The position numbers and the translations under genes are program-made. Positions 8,132 to 15,323 of a stretch of DNA of 32,000 nucleotides are shown piece by piece. The notes below the pieces were generated by a model. That model was not told the DNA's origin. It ran no database searches and saw only the letters and a program-made list of their open reading frames with translations. The stretch lies in assembly GCF_003351905.1 (NCBI RefSeq), contig NZ_CP022339.1, positions 1,020,001 through 1,052,000 of the forward strand, in the 5' to 3' direction. How positions within the stretch are numbered: the first letter of the stretch is position 1; the number at the start of each line of letters is the position of its first letter. Source of the DNA: Candidatus Saccharimonadota bacterium (lineage in GTDB: Bacteria > Bacteroidota > Bacteroidia > Cytophagales > Amoebophilaceae).

Positions 8132-8403
8132 TCTTGATTCTTGATCAAACAATAAGCAAGACAAAAATGTTTTTTGTAGGGTTGGCTTAATTAAACTCTA
8201 TAACTTTTAATAAAAAAATACAAATCTGTTTTGTTATTTCTGATTATTTCTTGTTCCATTCTTTTTCCATTTTATTCCTTTTATCGTCTTCTTCTTTTAG
8301 TTTTTTAGTTACATTGTCTGCTTTTTTGGTTTCGGATTTTACGAAATTAACCAGTAACGTCGTGCATAGATACAAGTTTTTTTCTCTACCACATCCCTCT
8401 ATC

Positions 8404-8661
8404 ATGTCAAAATTCCCAAATTGGTTGGCGCTATTTTCCAGGCTTCTGAGCCGATTGTGTGGTTTGGCTATTGCCATTTATCAATACTGTATTGCCCCCT
8501 TGTATCCGCCTGTCTGTCGTTTTCAACCCAGCTGTTCGCATTATGCAAAAGCAGCTTTTGCCAACTATGGCTTGCGCAAAGGTATGCTGCTGACCTTACG
8601 TAGGCTGCTCCGTTGCCATCCTTGGGGAGGTAGTGGGTATGATCCATTAGACCGCTTTTAG
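8404..8661 (+). CDS. yidD: Membrane protein insertion efficiency factor YidD
   Basis: Within ORF 8251-8661. From ATG 8404 it reads MSKFPNWLALFSRLLSRLCGLAIAIYQYCIAPLYPPVCRFQPSCSHYAKAAFANYGLRKGMLLTLRRLLRCHPWGGSGYDPL. The CRFxPSCSxY and RCHPW motifs are diagnostic for YidD. Confidence 0.85.
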   Translation: MSKFPNWLALFSRLLSRLCGLAIAIYQYCIAPLYPPVCRFQPSCSHYAKAAFANYGLRKGMLLTLRRLLRCHPWGGSGYDPLDRF

Positions 8662-8820
8662 AGTGTCCGTTCAGCCCGCTTGCTCTACTGTTCTGAACAG
8701 GAAATGGCATCCACCTAAGGAATGTATTGTATGGACTGTCTAATAAAAATATCATTTTAATGGATACTTGCGTTCATTTCGTCCATTTAAAACCCTTATG
8801 TCCGGTATGTGTTCAGCGTG

Positions 8821-9035
8821 CTGGTTTTTTGTGTCAAAAAAACCGCCCCTGTAAAAAGCCGTGGTGTAGAAAGTGGCATCATACAGATGATTTAGAAAAA
8901 CAGTTTCCTTTGAAGCCCCCAAAGGGGGCGCTTTCTGTTTTTCCATCTGTAGGATGCCACTTTCAGCGACTTTTTGCCGAGGGCTTGATTTTTTGTCCAC
9001 TTTTTTATCAAGAAAAAAGTGGAATAAAGTTCATT
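8821..9035 (+). repeat. Palindromic intergenic element, family 1, copy B (about 215 bp)
   Basis: Same orientation and architecture as copy A. Long hairpin about 8853-8976, apex 8915-8929. Terminal hairpin 8997-9022. It lies between the convergent genes yidD and era. Confidence 0.85.
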
Positions 9036-9049
9036 ATTAATCAGTAATG

Positions 9050-9140
9050 TGAACAGATACTATCTCCGCCGATAAAAAACTTGGAGGACATTAAGCGGCC
9101 ATGAGCAGCGGCATATACTAACTAGCCATCTAACCTCGAA
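9050..9140. repeat. Probable remnant (fused ends) of the family 2 palindromic element
   Basis: gaacagatactatctccgccgataaaaaacttgg resembles the left end of 15021-15218 together with its left flank (gaatagatat...gtccgccgataaacaaacttgg). gcggcatatactaactagccatcta resembles its right end (gcatatgcagcgccgtacgaattagccatttcta). The internal part is missing. Confidence 0.35.
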
Positions 9141-9146
9141 AGTAAT

Positions 9147-10064
9147 CTATTGCTTTCCATCTTTCTTTTTTAGAACCGTTGGATAACCAAATCTTTTTAA
9201 GAGCAATCGATTTTTGCGCCAGTCTGGGGTAACCTTCACACGTTGTTCTAGGAAGATTTTCTTTTGAAAAAAGTTTTCTAATGCCTCCCTAGCTGCTATC
9301 CCTAACTTTTTCAGCGCATCCCCTCTTTGGCCGATGAGAATACCTTTCTGGGTTTGGCGCTCTACATGTATAATCGATCGGATTTTAATCAGGTTTTCCA
9401 TTTCCTTAAAGGCATCTATCACTACTTCTACACTGTAGGGTATTTCTTGATGGTATTGGCCTAGTATTTTTTTACGTATGATTTCCTGTACAAAAAATCG
9501 TTCTGGTTTGTCTGTTAAGGTTGCTTCTGGATAATAGGGAGGGTGAATGGGCAACCATTGAACGATTTGTTGCATGAGTGCATCGATGTTTTTATTTTTT
9601 ATCGCTGATATCGGTAGGATAGATAGGTCTGGGTGGTGGTGGCGCCAATAGGCCATTGCTGTATCGAGTTGGCCCGCTGTGATTAAATCTACTTTATTCA
9701 ATACCAATAGGATCGGCTTTTTGGTGCGGTTTTCAAAAAACTCGGCCTCAAAGTCATTGACATCTACTAGCCAGATGATCAGGTCCGCATCTGCATGCGC
9801 GACTTTTACCGCTTCCATCATAGCTGTTTGTAGCGGATAAGCAGGTGTAATCATACCTGGTGTATCTATATATACAATTTGAAAGTTTTGGCCAGAAATA
9901 ATCCCATGGAGTTTATGGCGTGTCGTTTGTGCCTTGGAATGGGTAATGGCCAGTTGCTCACCGATCAATAGGTTCATTAAGGTAGATTTGCCTGCATTGG
10001 GTTTGCCAATAATGGCTACAAAACCAGACTTATATTCATTGTTAGCTTCATCCATACGCATCAT
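9147..10064 (-). CDS. era: GTPase Era
   Basis: 305 aa with G1 GKPNAGKST, G3 DTPG, G4 NKVD and a C-terminal KH domain region (ILIGQRGDALKKLG). Confidence 0.9.
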   Translation of the reverse strand: MMRMDEANNEYKSGFVAIIGKPNAGKSTLMNLLIGEQLAITHSKAQTTRHKLHGIISGQNFQIVYIDTPGMITPAYPLQTAMMEAVKVAHADADLIIWLVDVNDFEAEFFENRTKKPILLVLNKVDLITAGQLDTAMAYWRHHHPDLSILPISAIKNKNIDALMQQIVQWLPIHPPYYPEATLTDKPERFFVQEIIRKKILGQYHQEIPYSVEVVIDAFKEMENLIKIRSIIHVERQTQKGILIGQRGDALKKLGIAAREALENFFQKKIFLEQRVKVTPDWRKNRLLLKRFGYPTVLKKKDGKQ

Positions 10065-10153
10065 ATATTTGCAATGTTACAAAAAAACATATAAATTCGT
10101 AATAATTCAAGTGGCTGTATAGGGAGTACATCACTGGATGATGAAGACTTTAC

Positions 10154-10226
<73 letters not shown>

Positions 10227-10298
10227 CTTTCCCTTCTTATGTAAGGCCTGTTGTACAATGCCCCTTCGAACAGATTCCGCTGTTGTAAACTGCTTGCT

Positions 10299-11060
10299 AT
10301 GAACCCCTCTCAAAAAGCATCTGACACTCCATTGAAGTTCATTTTTGGCTGTAGGGCAATTATAGAAATCATACGTGCGGGCCAGACGATTGATAAAGTT
10401 TTTTTTCAAAATAAACTAAAAACAGCGTGCGTAAAGGAATTGTATAACCTGGTGCGTCAACATGAAATTCCTTTTAGTTATGTGCCCATTGAAAAATTGG
10501 CGCGCATGGTGCGTGGCAACCACCAAGGTGTCGTAGCCATCTTATCACCTATTGTCTTTACCCCTTTAGATGGCTTGGTGCAAGCCACTTTTGAAAAAGG
10601 GAAAGCCCCTTTAATCGTGGTACTCGATGGCGTAACAGATGTACATAATGTAGGCGCTATTGCTCGTACTGCGCTTTGTATGGGTGTGGATGCATTGGTA
10701 CTACCTACCCAGGGCAGTGCTGCTTTAACAGGTGCAGCAATGAAAACCTCAGCAGGTGCATTGGCCACCTTGCCCATCTGTCGCGTAGCAGATTTAAGTA
10801 AGGCCTTGCGTTATTTACAAGCCAGTGGATTAACCCTATTGGCTTGTCATGCACAAGCTGCACAACTCTTATACAAGGTAGACTTAACCCTCCCTACTGC
10901 ACTGCTTTTAGGTGGAGAAGGATCAGGTATAGCGGCAAAACATTTAAGCATAGCTACACATCATATTTGCATTCCTATGCAAGGCCCTATTGCTTCTTTT
11001 AATGTCTCTGTGGCAGCTGGTATTATGCTTTACGAAGTATTTCGGCAACGTTTGGTATAA
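10299..11060 (+). CDS. rlmB: SpoU/TrmH-family 23S rRNA 2'-O-ribose methyltransferase (RlmB-like)
   Basis: ORF 10251-11060. Preferred start is ATG 10299 (MNPSQKA...), because the upstream codons abut the tRNA. It has an N-terminal substrate-binding-like segment IFGCRAIIEIIRAG and SpoU motifs LDGVTDVHNVGAIARTA, LLLGGEGSG and IPMQGPIASFNVSVAAGIMLYE. Confidence 0.8.
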   Translation: MNPSQKASDTPLKFIFGCRAIIEIIRAGQTIDKVFFQNKLKTACVKELYNLVRQHEIPFSYVPIEKLARMVRGNHQGVVAILSPIVFTPLDGLVQATFEKGKAPLIVVLDGVTDVHNVGAIARTALCMGVDALVLPTQGSAALTGAAMKTSAGALATLPICRVADLSKALRYLQASGLTLLACHAQAAQLLYKVDLTLPTALLLGGEGSGIAAKHLSIATHHICIPMQGPIASFNVSVAAGIMLYEVFRQRLV

Positions 11061-11229
11061 CTGTTTCATCTATCTATGGAAGATATAACGTCACCTGCTT
11101 GCTATGTCTATGCACATTTCTTCCTTGATTTTTTTATAAAAAAAATGCGTAATATGAAAGCTAGCGTTAGCGCTATAACTATTTTGTGATTTTTTCAAAT
11201 TAACCACTTGTTTTTAACCGCTTGTTTCT

Positions 11230-14200
11230 ATGCTCTGTTTTGATGTTTCGCTATGGATAGTGGCTACTTTTTTATTGTTAACCTTGTTGGTAGCCATTTA
11301 TTTTAGTAGGAAAAAAACTTCTTTTCGAGAATATGCAGTAGGGAGTAAACAATTTTCTACCGCTACCTTAGTTTTCACTGTATTGGCTACTTTGTATGGA
11401 GGAGGAGGGCTAGTGCGTAATGTAGAGTGTGTGCATGGTATGGGCTTATCGTGGATGATGCTCACCTGGTTGTCTTCTTTTGGTTTATGGGTTGTGAGTA
11501 GATTGGCTGTACGTATGGGGCCATTTATGCACCACCTCTCTGTTGCCGAAACGATAGGCCATATTTATGGTAGATATCCCAGTATGCTAGCTGCATTTGT
11601 GGGTATCTGTAGCGCTATTTTTAGTATTACGATGCAAATTACGGTAATGTCCCAGGCTATTGGTATCTGTTTTCAGGCAGTTAATCCCTATATCGTGTCT
11701 ATCCTGACCACCTTACTCCTTATTTTTTATTCTACCTTTGGTGGCATTCGTGCCGTTGCCTTTACAGATGTATTGCAGTTTATAACCTTTGCGGTTGTTA
11801 TTCCTATTCTCGCTTGGTTTATGTTTTTAAAAGTAGATAAACCCGTTTCCACCCTTTTGCCTATGCTGCAGAGTCACACTAAATTTCAATGTAGTCATGT
11901 GTTTCATTTTGATAGCCAATTGGTGGGCACCTTCTTACTTTTTTTATCGCTGATGGCTTCTTCTATATTGCCCCAACTGATGCAGCGGGTCTATATGTCT
12001 TCTGGTCCCATGCAAGCACAGACCGTTTTTTCGTATGCCACCATCTTTAGTATGGTGCTATCCATTTTTATTATTCTCATTGGCCTATTTACTTTTCTAG
12101 GGGCACCTGATCTATCAAAAGAGGCCATTTGGGGGTATATAGTGGCCCATACGCCACCTGTTTTTAAAGGATTACTTGCGATTAGCTTACTGGCTATGGC
12201 GATGTCTACCGCAGATTCTTGTTTAAATGCTTGTGCGATTATGGTGAGTCATGATATAGTCAAAGGGCTATATAACGGGCAAGAGGTGGCTGATGCGCTT
12301 CAGGTGAAGATCGCACGGTGGACTACACTAGTGGTAGGTCTATTGGCTATGGTACTCGCCTTTTACTGCAATGACTTATTGCAGTTGCTCTATTGGGGGC
12401 TTGCTTCTCTTGTGCCTGTCGTAACGGCGCCTTTTGTTTTGGCTATTTTAGGCTTTCGAGGTACCTCACGTACCGCTTTGATTGGTATGGTTACAGGTGT
12501 ACTCATTATTTTAGTTTGGAACAAATGGGTGCATGCCTTCATAAGGTGGGATGGTTCTTTTTTGGCTATGGTAGCCAATGGTCTGGCTATGATGGCTGCC
12601 CACTATCTATTCAAGCAACCCAAAAGTGTAGGGTGGGTTGAACCAGATAACGAGTTTAAACAAATGCAACAAGCGCATGCGCGGCAGAGGGCAGAACGTA
12701 AAGAAGCCATTAAAAATGCTTGGATGAATCGAAAAGTTACCTTGGCTAAGTTGAGACCCAGTGATCGTACACTATGTTTAACCGGACTCTATATGATTAT
12801 TACCACTGTTCTGGGATATTGGTTTATTAAGCCAGATCACATTTATTGGGCTATATACCAGGGACTTTTGGGTGCTATTTTTACCGCTTATAGCTTATTT
12901 GCACGTTATAAAACGTTTTTTAGCCAAGTAAGCCCAAGTTGGTTCATTGGTTTATGTTGGTTGATAGGTTTGGTGGTTTATCTTCCTGCCAACCTACTTT
13001 GGCATTGGTGGAACCTAGTAGATCCTGTTTTTAGTGCCTCTTTATCCTTGGCCCATTATGCTGTAATCTTATGGGTATTGCCGCTCTATCTGGGTATAGG
13101 GGTTGTAGCGATTGTATGCGTAGTAGCCATTTATCCGATCTCTGTTGGATTGTCCTTTTCTGCCTTATCCTCTCTGTTTCCGTTGTTTATGGTAACCCTA
13201 CTTGTGGTGGCTATTATTATTTGTTGTAAAGCTAAAATGGGTGATTATATGGTGCAAAATTTTTACCTAAAAAATCAAGATAAAATTAGGGCATCTCAAA
13301 AATTAAAGGAATCCCTTTATGACTTGTCTACGGTTCCCTCTACTCCGCCCAATGCCTCTAAAGGTTATGGTGCTATTTTAGAACAAGTAATAGGTAAAGT
13401 AGAGCAATCTGTTTCCTTTTTAGATAGCAGTATGCCCCTATATAAAGAGGATTTTCAGGGTATTATCAATAAACTATATGATTGGGCTGCCTATTTTAAT
13501 AAAAGAGAAAAGGCCAAAGAGCATGCCTTATTGCAGCCTACTAAGATTGCCCTAGATAAGTTGGTGCGTAAGGTGGAATTTGCTTTGTCTCAAGAGGTGG
13601 CTGATCCGCCTAGGCTGCTTGTGGAGCACAAGAAAGCGTCTACGGGAGAGGCATCCTCCTATATTGTATGTGATATCAATCAGGTAGTATATGTATTGGT
13701 TCAGGCTGTTCTACGGGTGAGTAGGTTAGAGGGTGTTTGTGCACCTATTGTTGGCATACAACTGCACCACACTGCCTTTCAATTTAAGCAAGCAGAGCCT
13801 TTTGAAGGCAGTTACCCTTCATTTATGCTTTTCCCAGCTACTGCCTTTGTAGTAAGTCAGGTGCCTATTGCTTCTGAGCAACTGCCTAAAGTCAAAGACC
13901 TCTATGATGATAGGGTCGATGTGATGGGTCCTCGAGGAAGGAAGGAAACACCACCATCCATAGACCTTCAGCAAGAAACCATATCCAGTATTGTCGGTGC
14001 CCATTATGGTTATTTGGAATATGGTCTTGATGGGCAGCAACCCACGCTACTCCTGGTACTGCCTAGTGATCTCAATGAGATGCTTAGTAAGATCACGGTA
14101 AAGCTACCTATAGATTGCTTAACCTCAGACACCCCTGTTACCCCTAAGGAACAGGCCGATTCCATGATGGAGTTAATGCAGTTCCATGACCATGTCTCTC

Positions 14201-14799
14201 AATTTTCTCATGACATGGATCCTATTGATGCAGGTACGATTTCAGACTTGCTTTTATTACTCAGACAGCACTTTGGCTTTAAGCGGCATGCTTCGGGTCA
14301 ATTGTTTTATGTACGTGCGGTAGGGATTGCTAAACTAGTGGTAGAATGGGTTTTCCACTCTCCTAAAGTCATTTATGCTGCTTTGCTCTATGAATTGGTA
14401 CGTCATACCTGTTTGCCACTTTCTTATGTCAGGGAACACTATAATTTAGGTGTCTATGCCTTTGTATTAAATATACTAGGGGTAGATAAACGAAAAGAGT
14501 TGCACCATCCTTCTTTGCTTTACCTGGAAAATCGATTAGAGAAGGCGATCAAAGAAGATCACATGCAGCTTTCTGTATTGTTTGTCAAGTTCGCTGAGCG
14601 GCTCTATGATCTACGCTACGCTGCGGGCTATAACCATGTAGAAGAAGTAGCGCATATGGTCCAAGAAACACTTGCGATAGATGTTAAATTGGCTAATGAA
14701 TATTTAGGTGTAGAGATAGGGGAGGCATTGGAAAATGCCGCTAAACAGGCACTAAAGATGTGTAAAGATAAAAGCAAAGACAAGGATAAGGATCGTTAA
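11230..14799 (+). CDS. Multidomain membrane protein: sodium:solute symporter (SSS) domain, extra TM block, degenerate kinase-like region, degenerate RelA/SpoT-type HD domain
   Basis: 1189 aa. Residues 1 to about 470 are polytopic with SSS-like FGGIRAVAFTDVLQF. A second block of about 5-6 TM helices spans roughly 510-690. YIVCDINQVVYVLVQAVLRVS resembles an HK N-box with Asn replaced. The C-terminal 176 aa align to the SpoT hydrolase HD fold, but with the catalytic residues changed. Confidence 0.7.
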   Translation: MLCFDVSLWIVATFLLLTLLVAIYFSRKKTSFREYAVGSKQFSTATLVFTVLATLYGGGGLVRNVECVHGMGLSWMMLTWLSSFGLWVVSRLAVRMGPFMHHLSVAETIGHIYGRYPSMLAAFVGICSAIFSITMQITVMSQAIGICFQAVNPYIVSILTTLLLIFYSTFGGIRAVAFTDVLQFITFAVVIPILAWFMFLKVDKPVSTLLPMLQSHTKFQCSHVFHFDSQLVGTFLLFLSLMASSILPQLMQRVYMSSGPMQAQTVFSYATIFSMVLSIFIILIGLFTFLGAPDLSKEAIWGYIVAHTPPVFKGLLAISLLAMAMSTADSCLNACAIMVSHDIVKGLYNGQEVADALQVKIARWTTLVVGLLAMVLAFYCNDLLQLLYWGLASLVPVVTAPFVLAILGFRGTSRTALIGMVTGVLIILVWNKWVHAFIRWDGSFLAMVANGLAMMAAHYLFKQPKSVGWVEPDNEFKQMQQAHARQRAERKEAIKNAWMNRKVTLAKLRPSDRTLCLTGLYMIITTVLGYWFIKPDHIYWAIYQGLLGAIFTAYSLFARYKTFFSQVSPSWFIGLCWLIGLVVYLPANLLWHWWNLVDPVFSASLSLAHYAVILWVLPLYLGIGVVAIVCVVAIYPISVGLSFSALSSLFPLFMVTLLVVAIIICCKAKMGDYMVQNFYLKNQDKIRASQKLKESLYDLSTVPSTPPNASKGYGAILEQVIGKVEQSVSFLDSSMPLYKEDFQGIINKLYDWAAYFNKREKAKEHALLQPTKIALDKLVRKVEFALSQEVADPPRLLVEHKKASTGEASSYIVCDINQVVYVLVQAVLRVSRLEGVCAPIVGIQLHHTAFQFKQAEPFEGSYPSFMLFPATAFVVSQVPIASEQLPKVKDLYDDRVDVMGPRGRKETPPSIDLQQETISSIVGAHYGYLEYGLDGQQPTLLLVLPSDLNEMLSKITVKLPIDCLTSDTPVTPKEQADSMMELMQFHDHVSQFSHDMDPIDAGTISDLLLLLRQHFGFKRHASGQLFYVRAVGIAKLVVEWVFHSPKVIYAALLYELVRHTCLPLSYVREHYNLGVYAFVLNILGVDKRKELHHPSLLYLENRLEKAIKEDHMQLSVLFVKFAERLYDLRYAAGYNHVEEVAHMVQETLAIDVKLANEYLGVEIGEALENAAKQALKMCKDKSKDKDKDR

Positions 14800-14909
14800 G
14801 GCGCCTCTACTTTTTGGCTTGAGGATCTATAGCTTCTACCTGAAAGCGTTGTTTCCAATGCAAAAATTACTGCGCTTTGCAGCATCATTGTATGTGTTTA
14901 GCGCGATGC

Positions 14910-14987
14910 TTTTTTGCGTTAAAAAAACCGCCCCTGTAAGATGCTACTTTCTAAACCGCGACTTTTTCCAGGGGCGTTGTTCTTTTT
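14910..14987 (+). repeat. Family 1 element, short internally deleted form (A-tract / 8-bp GC stem / T-tract)
   Basis: ttttttgcgttaaaaaaaccgcccctgtaa matches the 5' end of copies A and B. gatgctactttctaaaccgcgactttttccaggggcgttg matches their 3' part (gatgacactttcagcgactttttgccgagggcttg). The core hairpin is absent. The stem is cgcccctg/caggggcg. It lies downstream of the 1189-aa gene. Confidence 0.6.
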
Positions 14988-15020
14988 ATGTGAATTGAAT
15001 AGATATATTTGCTGCTTAAG

Positions 15021-15218
15021 GCGCATATGTCCGCCGATAAACAAACTTGGCGCTTTAGTAAACTTGTAATTTTTAGACGAACGGTTATGCAGCGGATTAG
15101 AAAAACAGTTTCCTTTAAAGCCCACGCAGTGGGCGCTTTCTGTTTTTCCCGTTGCATAACCGTTCGTTTCATTACTTTTATTATGTGCCAACTTTTTATT
15201 GGCGGGCATATGCAGCGC
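15021..15218. repeat. Family 2 long palindromic element (about 198 bp) carrying the same 50-nt core hairpin as family 1
   Basis: Outer arms gcgcatatgtccgccgataaa / ttattggcgggcatatgcagcgc. Inner arms acgaacggttatgcagcgg / cccgttgcataaccgttcgt. The core 15100-15149 (gaaaaacagtttcctttaaagcccacgcagtgggcgctttctgtttttcc) corresponds to 4638-4687 and 8895-8944. The 10-bp direct repeat gaatagatat lies at 14997-15006 and 15251-15260. Confidence 0.75.
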
Positions 15219-15323
15219 CGTACGAATTAGCCATTTCTATCTCTGTGTTAGAATAGATATTCCTTAAGTTGACACCATTGGGTGTACAATATAAAAATAG
15301 TTTTATGCCCCAATGTACTTACT

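Noticed and set aside
8244-8477. The 77-aa minus-strand ORF and the 51-codon upstream extension of yidD (8251-8403) in the T-rich region before yidD.
   Set aside because: Low-complexity K/E- or S/F-rich peptides generated by A/T runs. The minus ORF overlaps the yidD start, and YidD homology begins only at ATG 8404.
8727-9047. ORFs of 82-106 aa on both strands inside repeat copy B (8727-9047 +, 8752-9000 -), and the analogous ORFs 14919-15209, 14951-15172 and 15009-15230 in the dnaG upstream spacer. They have look-alike peptides (KQKAPPLGASKETVFL / KQKAPTAWALKETVFL).
   Set aside because: They are translations of palindromic DNA, which is why both strands give similar peptides. Copies A and B differ by indels that would break any frame, and copy A has no equivalent ORF. 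I treat them as non-coding repeats.
11199-11229. Tandem 14-nt direct repeat aaccacttgttt / aaccgcttgttt immediately before the start codon of the 1189-aa gene.
   Set aside because: Only two short copies in an AT-rich leader. It could be a regulatory site, but the evidence is too thin to call.
15021-15218. The long hairpins as a retron msr/msd, a group II intron fragment or a structured ncRNA gene.
   Set aside because: There is no reverse transcriptase or intron ORF nearby. The structure is a simple near-perfect palindrome rather than a multi-helix fold. The multi-copy dispersed distribution fits a MITE/REP-like element better.
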